DNA of 64,000 bases from Nitrospirota bacterium (GCA_049325335.1 JBMOMC010000043.1:66202-130201); one strand, 5' to 3'; counted from the first letter of the stretch, positions 30,662 to 41,032 are shown. Program-made: numbers and translations. The notes: generated by a model not told the origin, from the sequence alone.

Positions 30662-30780
30662 CGGTATCCGTTACCCGTTATTGACACGCGCGCCGCGCCG
30701 CGCCTATCATCCCTCACCCGGCGCCCGACCCGTGGATGAGTCCGGCGCGCGGAACAGGCTGCTCGCACACGTTGAAAAGG

Positions 30781-31215
30781 ATGTCTCGCATGGTCGGACC
30801 GGTAAGTCGAGTGGTGGTCGTGGCGTGCTCGTGGGTAGTTCTCATGGCTGCGCCGGGTTTTGCGGCGGAGGCTCCGTCAAAGTCGTCCGAGAAGATGTCC
30901 GAGTTGGAGCGGTACGTTCGGATCCAAATCGAGATCGGCGCGGCCATGAAGGACTTCTTCGCCAGCATGGGGCCGGGCGCGGTGAATCCGCCCCCGGATC
31001 AGCGCGAAGCCATGGTGGAACAGGTGGATCAAACGGTGTCGTCGATCCTGAAAAAATACGGGCTGACCACCGAAGAATACAACCGGCGCAAACGCGAGGT
31101 GTTCGAAGACGACGCCGCGGTCGAATCCTTTCTCAACGCGCACCCGGATCTGAAAACCCAATGGGACGCCTTGCCGTTCAAGGGCGCCGGCCACGGGCGG
31201 CGACCGTATCAATAA
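30781..31215 (+). CDS. Secreted helical hypothetical protein (DUF4168-like)
   Basis: Signal peptide; ILKKYGLTTEEYN motif. Confidence 0.6.
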   Translation: MSRMVGPVSRVVVVACSWVVLMAAPGFAAEAPSKSSEKMSELERYVRIQIEIGAAMKDFFASMGPGAVNPPPDQREAMVEQVDQTVSSILKKYGLTTEEYNRRKREVFEDDAAVESFLNAHPDLKTQWDALPFKGAGHGRRPYQ

Positions 31216-31218
31216 CGC

Positions 31219-32019
31219 TCAGGGCGCCCCGGCTTTGCCCGCCACGGTGTAAAGCCACAACCCCACCCATTCGTTGATCGCCTCAGAACTGTTCCGGAAC
31301 GCCCACAGCTCCGGGAGGTACTCCCGGATGCCAGCCGCGCGGGCGCCGGTCAAATACTCGCATGGAAACGCGGTGGGCGTCAGGTCTTGCCGCCTGAACA
31401 ATGCCATCGCTCGCGGCATGTGGAGCGCGGACGTCACCAAGGCGATCCGTTTTCCGGGCCCGAGGATCCGGCTGGTCTCCACCGCGTTTTCGTAGGTGGT
31501 GCGTGAGCGCGGCTCGACGCGCACCTCGCCGGGCACGGGGCCGAGCAACTGGAGCGTGCGAGCCATGATCTCCGCCTCGGGTGTGTGTTCCGCGAACGGA
31601 TCCACGTTGCCGCCGGAGAGAATCAGCCGTGGCGCGATCCGATCCGTCATGAGTGCCCGACCGCACACGAGCCGATCCAGAGATTCGGGGGAGAGGCGAT
31701 CCTCCATCCGGAGCCCGCCTTTACGGTGGACGCCGCCGGCAAGGACCACCACCGCGTCGTAGGTGGAGGTCCCGGAGCCTCCGCGGATCGCGGGCGGCAC
31801 GGGGTAACGCTGTTCGATCGATCCGGTCAACATCCTCGCCGCAGGTGGGAGCGAGAGTCCGTACGCGATCACGAACGCCGTTATCAAACACGCGTGGAGC
31901 AATTTTCTGCGTCCGCGCCAGGAGGCGATCAACGCCAGGAGGAGCAGGATCAGGATCCACGTGAGCGGATACACGGCGAGCTTGCTGATTTTGTAGACCG
32001 CGTACAGAAAGGGTGACAT
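31219..32019 (-). CDS. YdcF/ElyC-family (DUF218) protein
   Basis: VVLAGG, SGG, EA, E..SRTTYENA, LVTSALHMPRA, NEW.G. Confidence 0.9.
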   Translation of the reverse strand: MSPFLYAVYKISKLAVYPLTWILILLLLALIASWRGRRKLLHACLITAFVIAYGLSLPPAARMLTGSIEQRYPVPPAIRGGSGTSTYDAVVVLAGGVHRKGGLRMEDRLSPESLDRLVCGRALMTDRIAPRLILSGGNVDPFAEHTPEAEIMARTLQLLGPVPGEVRVEPRSRTTYENAVETSRILGPGKRIALVTSALHMPRAMALFRRQDLTPTAFPCEYLTGARAAGIREYLPELWAFRNSSEAINEWVGLWLYTVAGKAGAP

Positions 32020-32113
32020 ACGGCGTTTCCTGGTGGTAGGCACGCTTGTACCAGAAATCACGGCGTGGAGGGAAGACGGTGCCCCCCCCGTGACGCGTGT
32101 CGCAGGAAATCCC

Positions 32114-32142
32114 TTGACAAGCCCGGACGCTTTTTGTAGAAA
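32114..32142 (+). promoter_or_regulatory. Sigma70-type promoter of rplM-rpsI
   Basis: TTGACA-N17-TAGAAA. Confidence 0.55.
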
Positions 32143-32191
32143 TAGGGGCTTTGCAGGGGCGCAAGTTCTTTCTCGTGGGTAGGATGTGACG

Positions 32192-32647
32192 ATGAATCGG
32201 ACATTTTCAGCGAAAAAGGCAGACGTGAAGGCGGCTTGGCACGTGATCGACGCCGAGGGACAGATTCTCGGCCGGTTGGCGGTGCAGGCCGCGGTGTTGC
32301 TTCGCGGCAAACATAAACCCATTTTCACCCCGCACGTCGACACCGGCGATCACGTGGTGGTGATCAACGCCGAAAAAGTTCGGCTCACCGGCGACAAGCT
32401 GCGGCAGAAGATGTACCGCCGCCACAGCGGGTACCCGGGTGGCCTCAAGGAGGTGTCCGCGGGCACGTTGATCCGGGAGAAACCCGAACGACTGGTGACG
32501 CTGGCGATCAAAGGCATGTTGCCGAAAAACAAACTGGGCAAACAATTGGCGACCAAACTTCGGGTGTACCGCGGCGCGGAGCATCCCCACGTGGCGCAGG
32601 CACCGCAACCCTTTGCGATCAAGTCGCGCCGACAAGGAGCCGCGTGA
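32192..32647 (+). CDS. rplM: 50S ribosomal protein L13
   Basis: [31 protein letters not shown]. Confidence 0.98.
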   Translation: MNRTFSAKKADVKAAWHVIDAEGQILGRLAVQAAVLLRGKHKPIFTPHVDTGDHVVVINAEKVRLTGDKLRQKMYRRHSGYPGGLKEVSAGTLIREKPERLVTLAIKGMLPKNKLGKQLATKLRVYRGAEHPHVAQAPQPFAIKSRRQGAA

Positions 32648-33036
32648 TGGCCACACAGTATGCTGGAACGGGACGGCGTAAGAACGCGGTGGCGCGGGTG
32701 ATCCTGCGACCCGGCAACGGCACCATCCTCATCAACGAACGGCCGTACGAAGAGTACTTTCCGCGCGATGCCTGGAAACTGCAAGTTCGCCAGCCGTTGG
32801 AAACCACGGCCGTGATCGGTCGGTACGACGTGTCGGTCAACGTGGCGGGCGGGGGCTTGACCGGACAGGCCGGGGCGGTGCGTCACGGTATCGCGAGGGC
32901 GCTGCTGGAGGTTAATGCCGCGTTGCGGCCCAAACTCAAGGCCGATGGCTTGCTCAGCCGCGATCCGCGGGTCAAGGAACGCAAGAAATACGGGCAGCGT
33001 GGCGCCCGTCGGCGGTTCCAGTTTTCGAAGCGGTAA
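32647..33036 (+). CDS. rpsI: 30S ribosomal protein S9
   Basis: [30 protein letters not shown]. Confidence 0.98.
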   Translation: MATQYAGTGRRKNAVARVILRPGNGTILINERPYEEYFPRDAWKLQVRQPLETTAVIGRYDVSVNVAGGGLTGQAGAVRHGIARALLEVNAALRPKLKADGLLSRDPRVKERKKYGQRGARRRFQFSKR

Positions 33037-33060
33037 CGACCTCAGCCTGGATCTTTTCGA

Positions 33061-33093
33061 GGGGGAAGGTCGCCGGACCTTCCCCCATTTTTT
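33061..33093 (+). terminator. Rho-independent terminator after rpsI
   Basis: GGGGGAAGGTC-GCCG-GACCTTCCCCC hairpin followed by ATTTTTT. Confidence 0.85.
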
Positions 33094-33148
33094 ATAAACC
33101 GGACGCTCCGCGGTACGTTGGAACGCGGGCGGTTTACTGAGAGAGTCG

Positions 33149-34210
33149 ATGGCGGTATCCACCAAGTCGATTCGAGTCGCCGTGGTCGGCGCGACCGGGT
33201 ACACCGGGGGCGAACTGCTGCGCTTGTTGGCCGGACATCCTCGGGCCACGATCGCGGCCGTCACGTCGGAGCAGTCCGCGGGCAAGCCGCTGGCCGACGT
33301 GTTCCCCTCGCTCGCGCGGATCATCAACTTGCCATTGGCCGCGTTCAACGCGGAAAAAGTCGGGGCCGACGTGGACCTGGCGTTCGTGGCGCTGCCCTCC
33401 GGCGCGGCGATGGACGCGGCGGCGGCGCTCGCAACATTAGGGTGCCGCGTGGTGGACCTCAGTCCGGATTATCGGTTTGTGGATTCCCGCGTGTACCAGC
33501 GCTGGTACGGCGGACCGCATCGACATCAGAAGCTCTTGGCCAAAGCCGTGTACGGACTCCCCGAACTACATCGCCGCCGGATTGCCAAGGCGCGCGTGGT
33601 GGGCAATCCCGGGTGTTACCCCACGGGCGCGATCATCGCGTTGGCTCCGCTCGCGAAACAAGGGCTGCTCGCGCCCAGAACGCCGATCATCGTCGACGCC
33701 AAGTCCGGCATCTCGGGTGCGGGACGGGGCGCGTCGTTGCCGTACCATTTTCCCGAGGCGAACGAGGGCATGATGGCGTATAAGGTCGGTCGGCACCGGC
33801 ACCAACCTGAAATCGTCCAGGAAGTGTCGCGCCTGTCCAAGCGCGCGCAAGGCGTCCTGTTCACCCCGCATCTGGCGCCCATGACGCGCGGTATTTTCTG
33901 CACCATCTACGTGGAAACGGTCAAGCCGTTCACGTCGGAACGGCTGACGGCGTTGTATCGGACCGTGTACCGCGACGAGCCGTTCGTGCGGGTGCTCGAT
34001 CCGGGCGAGTCACCGCAGACCAAGGCGGTGTGGGGTTCCAATTACTGCGACATCGGCGTGGTGTCCGATCCTGAAACCAAGCGAGTGGTGCTTATGACGG
34101 CGATCGACAACCTGGTCAAAGGCGCGGCCGGACAGGCCATCCAGAACATGAACATCATGTGCGGCTTTCCGGAAACCCTCGGCTTGACCGCTCCCCCGGT
34201 GTTCCCATGA
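33149..34210 (+). CDS. argC: N-acetyl-gamma-glutamyl-phosphate reductase
   Basis: GATGYTG, NPGCYPT, SGISGAG, DNLVKGAAGQA. Confidence 0.97.
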   Translation: MAVSTKSIRVAVVGATGYTGGELLRLLAGHPRATIAAVTSEQSAGKPLADVFPSLARIINLPLAAFNAEKVGADVDLAFVALPSGAAMDAAAALATLGCRVVDLSPDYRFVDSRVYQRWYGGPHRHQKLLAKAVYGLPELHRRRIAKARVVGNPGCYPTGAIIALAPLAKQGLLAPRTPIIVDAKSGISGAGRGASLPYHFPEANEGMMAYKVGRHRHQPEIVQEVSRLSKRAQGVLFTPHLAPMTRGIFCTIYVETVKPFTSERLTALYRTVYRDEPFVRVLDPGESPQTKAVWGSNYCDIGVVSDPETKRVVLMTAIDNLVKGAAGQAIQNMNIMCGFPETLGLTAPPVFP

Positions 34211-35430
34211 CACGGCAAGCGGACGCGCCGATTCACGTGCCGGGCGGCGTGACCGCGCCCAAGGGCTTTCGCGCCGCAGCCGTGTGCGCGGGGATCAAGA
34301 AACAGGAGCGGCCCGATTTGGCGCTGCTGGTTTCGGACGTCGAGGCCTCAGTGGCCGGCGTCATGACCACGAACCGGATCAAAGCCGCGCCGCTGCTGAT
34401 CGATCAACCGCGTCTCAAGCGCGGGAAAGCGCGAGCGATCGTCATCAACAGCGGGTGCGCCAACGCGTGTACCGGAGCCGAGGGTCTGGAAGACGCCAAA
34501 GCCATGGCCGCGGAAACCGCCCGCGTCCTGTCGTTGGAGGAGCGCGACATATTGGTGGCGTCGACCGGCGTGATCGGCGCGCGCATGCCCATGGACCGAG
34601 TCCGCGGCGGGATCATGCGGGCGGCGGCGCAGCTCACGGCGTCCGGCGGGCCGCAAGCCGCGACCGCGATCATGACTACCGACACGATGCCCAAGGAAAT
34701 CGCGATCCGCGAGACCGGCGCTCGGGTGGCGATCACGGTCGGGGGCATGGCCAAAGGGTCGGGGATGATCCATCCCCAGATGGGCACCATGCTGGCGTTT
34801 TTGACCACGGACGCGGCGGTCGCGCCGCGCACGTTGCACGCCGTGCTCAAACGGTGCGTGGACGCGACCTTCAACACCATCGACGTGGACGGCGAAACGA
34901 GCCCCAACGACCTGGTGATCTTCATGGCCAATGGGCTGGCCAAGAACAGCCCGGTCACCTCGGGCGCGGCATTGACCACGTTCGAGGCCATGGTGCGGCA
35001 GGTGTGCGAGCGGTTGGCGTTGATGATCGTGCGCGACGGGGAAGGCGCGTCCAAACTGGTGACGCTTCGCGTCAAGAGCGCGGCCAACGCGGCCGCGGCC
35101 AAACACGTGTTGCTCGCGGTCTCGCGCTCGCCGTTGGTTCGTACCGCGTGGCACGGGGAGGACGCGAACTGGGGCCGCACCATCTCCGCGATCGGCAACG
35201 CGGGCGTGCCCATCCGTCCCGACCGCATCGCGCTCTATATCGGTCCCGTGGCCGTGGTGAAACAAGGGGTCGGGGTGGGCGCCTCCGCCGAAGCCCAGGC
35301 CGCGGTGATTCTCAAACAATCCGAATTCAGCGTGACCGTGGACTTGGGACAGGGCAAGGCGGAAGCCGTAATGCGGACGTGCGATTTGTCGCAGGACTAC
35401 GTCCGCATCAACGCGTCCTACCGCTCCTGA
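34207..35430 (+). CDS. argJ: Ornithine acetyltransferase / glutamate N-acetyltransferase
   Basis: STGVIG, IMTTDT, KGSGMIHP.M.TML, DGEGA, DANWGR. Confidence 0.96.
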   Translation: MTRQADAPIHVPGGVTAPKGFRAAAVCAGIKKQERPDLALLVSDVEASVAGVMTTNRIKAAPLLIDQPRLKRGKARAIVINSGCANACTGAEGLEDAKAMAAETARVLSLEERDILVASTGVIGARMPMDRVRGGIMRAAAQLTASGGPQAATAIMTTDTMPKEIAIRETGARVAITVGGMAKGSGMIHPQMGTMLAFLTTDAAVAPRTLHAVLKRCVDATFNTIDVDGETSPNDLVIFMANGLAKNSPVTSGAALTTFEAMVRQVCERLALMIVRDGEGASKLVTLRVKSAANAAAAKHVLLAVSRSPLVRTAWHGEDANWGRTISAIGNAGVPIRPDRIALYIGPVAVVKQGVGVGASAEAQAAVILKQSEFSVTVDLGQGKAEAVMRTCDLSQDYVRINASYRS

Positions 35431-35436
35431 CCGACA

Positions 35437-35550
35437 ATAAGGGGGCGTCTGCTGCGTTGTCGCGGCGGAGTCGCCTCCTCACGTACGATACAGTACGCTC
35501 CGGGGCGCCCCCTTGTTCCGCCTTGCAACCACCGCCCTTCTTGTCTGTCA
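35437..35550. repeat. Structured palindromic intergenic element
   Basis: AAGGGGGCG (35439) / CGCCCCCTT (35506) stem enclosing GGAG-TCGC-CTCC and CGTAC-GATACA-GTACG hairpins. Confidence 0.5.
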
Positions 35551-35569
35551 GCGTTTTTCAACGAATTTC

Positions 35570-35592
35570 GTAGGGGCGCACTGCGTGCGCCC
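35570..35592. repeat. GTAG-type REP palindrome
   Basis: GTAG-GGGCGCAC-TGC-GTGCGCCC. Confidence 0.7.
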
Positions 35593-35609
35593 GCTTCTTC
35601 GAAGCGACA

Positions 35610-35948
35610 CTAGGCGTTACTGAAAGCGCGGTCGGCTTTCGCCGCCAGATAGAAATCGCTTTCCGTCAGGCCGTTGATCTTGTGCGTCCAAATCTCGACG
35701 CGGCAGCGGCCCCAGCCCACGTGCAGGTCCGGGTGGTGGCCTTCTCTCTCCGCGATCTCGCCCACGCGGTTGGCAAAGACCAGGGCGTCGGCGAATTCTT
35801 TGAACTGATACGCGCGTTCGATCCGCGTGCCCTCGTGCGTCACGGTCCAGCCGGGATCGAGTTGTTTGAGCAGCACGGTGATGCGCTCGCTCGGCAGCGG
35901 GGGCACGCCGCCACGGCAGGGTATGCAAGCATTGTCGGCAAGTCCCAT
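35610..35948 (-). CDS. Pterin-4-alpha-carbinolamine dehydratase
   Basis: C.PCRGG, EGHHPDL, WTHKINGLTESDF.LAAK; GAGGAGG RBS. Confidence 0.93.
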   Translation of the reverse strand: MGLADNACIPCRGGVPPLPSERITVLLKQLDPGWTVTHEGTRIERAYQFKEFADALVFANRVGEIAEREGHHPDLHVGWGRCRVEIWTHKINGLTESDFYLAAKADRAFSNA

Positions 35949-35965
35949 GGTCACCTCCTCAAGGG

Positions 35966-36805
35966 TTACGCTCCGAGTCCCCAGTGCGCGCCCACCCAGC
36001 TTTTGAGCGCGATCACGGCTTTGGTGGGCGCGGTGAGGCGGATCGGCGCGTCCATTACCCGGTAGCCGGACGCTTCGATCCGATCCAAGAGCGCCTCGTA
36101 CGTGCGGCCCATGATCTCGGGCGCAAGCAGTTTCCGACGGTCGGGGACCAGGCTGCGGGCGCGCGCGTGGGCTTCGCGTGCCCGGCGGCACTCAAACGCC
36201 ATCAGGCGTTCGAACGCCGGTGTGTGGCGGCCGGCCAAGACATCCTCCTCGCCGCAGCCGAAGGCTTTCAGTTCGTCGAGCGGCAGGTAAATCCGCCCCA
36301 TCGCTGCGTCGACTTTCACGTCGCGAATGATGTTGGTCAGTTGCAGCGACAGCCCGCGTTCAATCGCATAGGCGCGCGCCTGTTCGCTATCGACTCCAAA
36401 GATCGGCAGACACAAGAGTCCCACCGTGGACGCCACACGATAGGTGTACCGCGACAGCTCCTGGATCGTCTGATAGCGCGGGCGGCCGATGTCCATGGCC
36501 ACGCCCAGCAACAACTCATCGAAATGTTCGCGGGGCAGGTGGAGCGACGTCACCACCGGCGCGAGTGCTTGGCCCACCGGCGTCTCAGGGTTCCCGGCAT
36601 AGATCCGATCCAATTCACGCCGCCAGGTCAGCAGCGCGGCGCGCGCGGCATCCGGAGACGCCGCGTGATCCACCGCGTCGTCCGCCGCTCGGCAGAACCC
36701 ATATACCGCGTCCAACGCGTGACGTTGCGGCCGCGAGAGCACCAGGAAGGCGTACCGGAAATTGCTGCCGCTGGACGCGGGGCGGTCCATGACCACGGCG
36801 TTCAC
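35966..36805 (-). CDS. hpnD: Presqualene diphosphate synthase HpnD
   Basis: S.F.YAF, FCR.ADD.VD, RVASTVG, QLTNIIRDV..D...GRIYLP. Confidence 0.85.
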   Translation of the reverse strand: MNAVVMDRPASSGSNFRYAFLVLSRPQRHALDAVYGFCRAADDAVDHAASPDAARAALLTWRRELDRIYAGNPETPVGQALAPVVTSLHLPREHFDELLLGVAMDIGRPRYQTIQELSRYTYRVASTVGLLCLPIFGVDSEQARAYAIERGLSLQLTNIIRDVKVDAAMGRIYLPLDELKAFGCGEEDVLAGRHTPAFERLMAFECRRAREAHARARSLVPDRRKLLAPEIMGRTYEALLDRIEASGYRVMDAPIRLTAPTKAVIALKSWVGAHWGLGA

Positions 36806-37719
36806 GGCCTGACTCGGCGGCGGGACCCGAGCGCGGCCTTGGCCAGTAACATGGCCTTGGCGCCGACTCCCAATGTGGGCCGTGCGCGAAACACGTCGTA
36901 GCCGCGCGACTCGATGCGATCCAGGATCGCGGTGCCGCCAAGCCAGACCAGGCGCAGTTCAAACGCGAGGTCTTGTCCTACGCGATCGAGCAATGGCTGG
37001 CCCTGGTCGAACAGTGCGCGGGTGCGGCCAACCAGGTCCGCCATCATCCCACGATACGCGTGGTCCGCCACGTGGGAGTGCAGGCGCGTTTCATCATAGC
37101 CGTGGCGCTCCATGTCCTCGATCGGCACGTAGATCCTGGGCTTCTTCGCGTCAATGGCCATGTCCTGCCAGTGGTTGGTCAGTTGCAGCGCGGTGCAGAT
37201 CGAATCCGACAATTCGTGCAATGCAGGGTCGCGGTACCCGAACACCGACAACACCAGTTGGCCTACGGGGTTCGCGGACAAGCGGCAGTACCCGAGCAAA
37301 TCATCGTAGGTCTTGTAGCGCTCCACGAACACGTCCATCTTAAAGGCCATGAGCAGGTCTTGGAACGGTTCGACCGGCAAACGGAACGTCTCGATCGTGT
37401 CCTTGAGCGCGATGAACACCGGGTGCTGGGGCTTGCGCCACATGCACTGCAGGAGCTGGCCTTCCCAGTTCTCCAGCAACGGCAGGCGCAGATTGTCGAG
37501 GTATTGCGCTTCATCGGCAAAGTCGTCCGCCATGCGCGCAAACGCGTAGATAGCCCACAGGTATTTGCGTTTATCCGCGGGCAAGAGCCACGAGCCCACG
37601 GGAAAGTTCTCGTAATGCGCGCGCGCGACCTGCTCGCAATGCGCGTAGGACTCGTCCAGGCTCCAGACCTTTTCCTCCTGGAGTCCGAAGTCGCGGGGCA
37701 CGGACGGGAGGTTGCCCAT
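36802..37719 (-). CDS. hpnC: Hydroxysqualene synthase HpnC
   Basis: HYENFPVGS, YAFAR.ADD.ADE, SANPVG, ICTALQL.NHWQD. Confidence 0.9.
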   Translation of the reverse strand: MGNLPSVPRDFGLQEEKVWSLDESYAHCEQVARAHYENFPVGSWLLPADKRKYLWAIYAFARMADDFADEAQYLDNLRLPLLENWEGQLLQCMWRKPQHPVFIALKDTIETFRLPVEPFQDLLMAFKMDVFVERYKTYDDLLGYCRLSANPVGQLVLSVFGYRDPALHELSDSICTALQLTNHWQDMAIDAKKPRIYVPIEDMERHGYDETRLHSHVADHAYRGMMADLVGRTRALFDQGQPLLDRVGQDLAFELRLVWLGGTAILDRIESRGYDVFRARPTLGVGAKAMLLAKAALGSRRRVRP

Positions 37720-37826
37720 GCGCTGGTGATACCACAGGCTTTCCAACAGGGTCAACGTGCAGCGCGCGGCTTTCGTGGTTCCCGCGCGCCGTGCTATGAT
37801 CCCACACTCTCCCCGGAGGTTGGTCC

Positions 37827-39029
37827 ATGCGCATCGGCACACCTTTGAGCCCCTCGGCTACGCGCGTCATGTTGTTGGGTGCGGGCGAGTTGGGCAAAGA
37901 AGTCATCATCGCGTTACAGCGGTTCGGCGTGGAGGTCATTGCCGTGGACCGTTACCCCAACGCGCCGGGGCATCAGGTGGCGCACCGCCACCACGTCATC
38001 AACATGGCCGACCCCGCGCAGTTGCGCGCGGTGATCGAACAAGAACGGCCGCGCCTGGTCGTGCCCGAGATCGAAGCCATTGCCACCGACGCATTGGTGG
38101 AGATCGAACGTGAAGGCTGGACCGAGATCATCCCCACCGCCCGCGCCGTGCGCTTGACCATGAACCGTGAAGGCATCCGCCGCTTGGCCGCCGAGGAACT
38201 CAAACTACCCACCTCGCGCTACGCGTTCGCGGAAAGCCGCGACGCATTGCAGCAGGCGATCGATTCCGGCATCGGCTACCCCTGCGTGGTCAAACCCGTG
38301 ATGTCCTCATCGGGCAAGGGCCAATCCGTGATCAAATCGCGTGCCGACGTGGACACGGCCTGGAGTTACGCCATGACCGGCACGCGGGTGAGCCTGGGCA
38401 AGGTAATCGTGGAGGCGTTCATCGATTTTGACTTTGAGATCACGCAATTGACCGTGCGCGCGATGGGCGAATCGGGCAAGGTCGAGACATTCTTCTGCGA
38501 CCCCGTGGGCCACGTGCAGATCAAGGGCGACTACGTGGAGAGTTGGCAGCCGCAAGCCATGACGCCCACGGCCTTGGCCACGTCGCGCGAGATCGCCAAG
38601 CTCGTCACCGACAACCTAGGCGGCCGCGGCATCTTCGGCGTGGAGCTGTTCGTCAAAGGCGATCAGGTCTGGTTCTCCGAAGTCAGCCCACGTCCGCACG
38701 ACACCGGCATGGTCACGATGATCAGCCAATGGCAAAGCGAGTTCGACCTGCACGCCCGCGCCATCCTGGGCCTGCCGGTCTCCACCGCGCTGAAAGCGTC
38801 GGGCGCCAGCGCGGTGATCTATGGCGGGGTGGAAGCGAAGGCCATCGCGTTCGACGGCGTGGCCGGGGCCTTGCGCGTGCCGCAAACCGAAATACGCCTA
38901 TTCGGCAAACCCGAATCCTTTACCAAGCGACGCATGGGCGTGGCACTGGCGATCGGGAAGGATACGAATGAGGCTAGGCAGCGCGCGAAGTTAGCCGCGA
39001 GCCTGGTGCGACCGGTGGCGGAGGGTTGA
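37827..39029 (+). CDS. purT: Formate-dependent phosphoribosylglycinamide formyltransferase
   Basis: [40 protein letters not shown]. Confidence 0.97.
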   Translation: MRIGTPLSPSATRVMLLGAGELGKEVIIALQRFGVEVIAVDRYPNAPGHQVAHRHHVINMADPAQLRAVIEQERPRLVVPEIEAIATDALVEIEREGWTEIIPTARAVRLTMNREGIRRLAAEELKLPTSRYAFAESRDALQQAIDSGIGYPCVVKPVMSSSGKGQSVIKSRADVDTAWSYAMTGTRVSLGKVIVEAFIDFDFEITQLTVRAMGESGKVETFFCDPVGHVQIKGDYVESWQPQAMTPTALATSREIAKLVTDNLGGRGIFGVELFVKGDQVWFSEVSPRPHDTGMVTMISQWQSEFDLHARAILGLPVSTALKASGASAVIYGGVEAKAIAFDGVAGALRVPQTEIRLFGKPESFTKRRMGVALAIGKDTNEARQRAKLAASLVRPVAEG

Positions 39030-39943
39030 TGGCCGCGACGGTTTCAGTGGCGTCGGGCAAGGGCGGCGTCGGCAAGAGCGTGGTCGCGAGTAACCTGGCC
39101 TTACTCTTGGCCAGACGGGGAAAGCGGGTCGTGGTGGTTGATATGGATGTTGGGGGCGCCAACATCCATATCTTGTTCGGGATGGTGAACCCTCCCGGAA
39201 CCCTCACGGATTTCCTCGCTCGTCGGGTGGAGTCGCTGGAGGACGTGGCCTATCCCTTTGAACCCTGCCCGACCCTCCGGATCATTCCGGGAACCGGCGA
39301 CACGCTGGCCACCGCGAATATGCCGTATGCGAGAAAGAAGCGCCTGATCAAGCACCTCAAGCAATTGTCGGCGGACGTGGTGCTGATCGACGTGGGGCCC
39401 GGCACCAACTATCATTCGCTGGATTTTTTCCTGATGGCGGATCACTACCTGATGGTCGCCACGTCCGACCCCACGTCGGTGCTCGATCTGTACCGGTTCA
39501 TCAAGCTCGCCGCGATCCGCCGGGTCCTGTCCGCCTTTGCGGCGCGCGGAGGCGTGGCCGAGGCGCTTGTAGATCGGGACTTCACCAGTATGGAAGAAGT
39601 GTTAGAGGCCGCGGGCAAGGCCGAGGAGAATGCGCTGACCGTGGGACGGGATCTCCTTAAAACGTTCCATCCCGGCCTCATCGTGAACCGCGTATCCGGC
39701 GGGCAACGGATGAACACGCTCAAACTCAAAGCCCTGTTGAAAGAGTACGTGGGCGGGGAATTGACGGCCGTGGGAGAAATACCGGAAGACGCCGCCGTGG
39801 GGCGCTCCGTCAGGGCCTACCTCCCGGTGATCGAACACGCGCCGGAGTCACCGGCGGCCAAGGCCTTCGAGCGTATTGCAGATTGGGTAGTGGCTCACGT
39901 GGACGCTGGGTGCGACGTTGAGGCGAACAGTGAATCTGCCTGA
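39029..39943 (+). CDS. MinD/FlhG-family ATPase
   Basis: SGKGGVGKS deviant Walker A; D.D.GGAN. Confidence 0.85.
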   Translation: MAATVSVASGKGGVGKSVVASNLALLLARRGKRVVVVDMDVGGANIHILFGMVNPPGTLTDFLARRVESLEDVAYPFEPCPTLRIIPGTGDTLATANMPYARKKRLIKHLKQLSADVVLIDVGPGTNYHSLDFFLMADHYLMVATSDPTSVLDLYRFIKLAAIRRVLSAFAARGGVAEALVDRDFTSMEEVLEAAGKAEENALTVGRDLLKTFHPGLIVNRVSGGQRMNTLKLKALLKEYVGGELTAVGEIPEDAAVGRSVRAYLPVIEHAPESPAAKAFERIADWVVAHVDAGCDVEANSESA

Positions 39944-39965
39944 GTCTTCGACAAGGAGGGATCAA

Positions 39966-40580
39966 ATGATGAAGTCCATAACTTGGATGGGTCTTATTTT
40001 CCTCGGATTGACTGCATGTGCGACGATGCGTGCGCAAACCATGACGGTTGCCACGTCCAGCGGCACGCCCGGCACCGGCCAACACGTCACTTTCAAAGGC
40101 GACGCCTTGGCGCTGGAAGGCATGGCGATTAAAGTCGGCGACACGCTGCCGTCCGCCGTGGTCACCGGCAATGACCTCAAGCCCGTGAACCTGGCCGAGG
40201 CCAAGGGCAAGGTCCGGATCATCAGCATCGTCCCCTCGATCGACACGCCCGTGTGCGAAGAGCAAACCCACGAACTGTCCGAGAAAAACGGCGGCCTCGA
40301 TAAACAGGTCGAACTCATCACCGTAAGCATGGACCTGCCGTTCGCCCAGAAGCGTTTTGCCAAGGAAGCCAAGATCCACAACGTGACGTTCCTTTCCGAC
40401 TACAAAGCCGGGGAATTCGGCAAGAACACCGGCCTGCTGATCCAACCCCTGCACCTCCTGGCCCGCACCGTGTTGGTGGTGGACAAGGACAATGTGATTC
40501 GCTACATGCAGGTCGTGCCGGAGATCACGAACCTGCCGGATATGCAGGCGGCGATGACGGTGACGAAGGGGCTGCTCTAA
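39966..40580 (+). CDS. tpx: Thiol peroxidase (Tpx family) with a lipoprotein-like signal
   Basis: VPSIDTPVC, S.DLPFAQ.RF, LLAR; LTAC lipobox. Confidence 0.88.
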   Translation: MMKSITWMGLIFLGLTACATMRAQTMTVATSSGTPGTGQHVTFKGDALALEGMAIKVGDTLPSAVVTGNDLKPVNLAEAKGKVRIISIVPSIDTPVCEEQTHELSEKNGGLDKQVELITVSMDLPFAQKRFAKEAKIHNVTFLSDYKAGEFGKNTGLLIQPLHLLARTVLVVDKDNVIRYMQVVPEITNLPDMQAAMTVTKGLL

Positions 40581-40636
40581 AGATGATCGCAGGGCAGATG
40601 TTGGAGGTTTGCTTAACAACTGTCGCATGGCGGGAC

Positions 40637-40668
40637 TTGACAGACTCAATATATCAATATATATTGAT
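40637..40668 (+). promoter_or_regulatory. Sigma70 promoter overlapped by a palindromic ArsR-type operator
   Basis: TTGACA (40637)-N17-TATATT (40660); perfect palindrome ATCAATATATATTGAT at 40653-40668. Confidence 0.8.
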
Positions 40669-40672
40669 CAAT

Positions 40673-41032
40673 ATGAAACACGGCGATCTCTTGGCGGCGC
40701 AAGTTGGGCTCTTTGCCGCGCTGGCGGACCCGACCCGGCTTCAGATTGTGAGCCTGTTGCAGGCAAAGGGCCCCATGCACGTGACCGAGATCTACGAGAC
40801 CCTGGGCCGGCGGCAGAACCTTGTCTCCCACCACTTGAACTGCCTGAGGACGTGCGGCCTGGTCACGGTGGAGAAGCAGGGCCGGCTGGCCATTTACGGC
40901 TTGGCGCATCCCGAGATCGCGCGGATGCTGGAGTGGGCCGAGAAGCGGGTGCTGGACCAGGCGGAGCGCATCCTGTCGTGCCGGATCGTCGGCAAGCACC
41001 AGGGCCACGACCGCCCATCGAGAAAACGGTGA
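40673..41032 (+). CDS. ArsR/SmtB-family metal-responsive repressor (CmtR-like)
   Basis: FAALADPTRL, SHHLNCLRTCGLV, C-terminal Cys. Confidence 0.9.
   Translation: MKHGDLLAAQVGLFAALADPTRLQIVSLLQAKGPMHVTEIYETLGRRQNLVSHHLNCLRTCGLVTVEKQGRLAIYGLAHPEIARMLEWAEKRVLDQAERILSCRIVGKHQGHDRPSRKR

Noticed and set aside
32036..32055. Possible sigma54 site upstream of the YdcF gene (minus strand TGGTAC...TGC)
   Set aside because: GG-to-GC spacing is 9 rather than 10 nt
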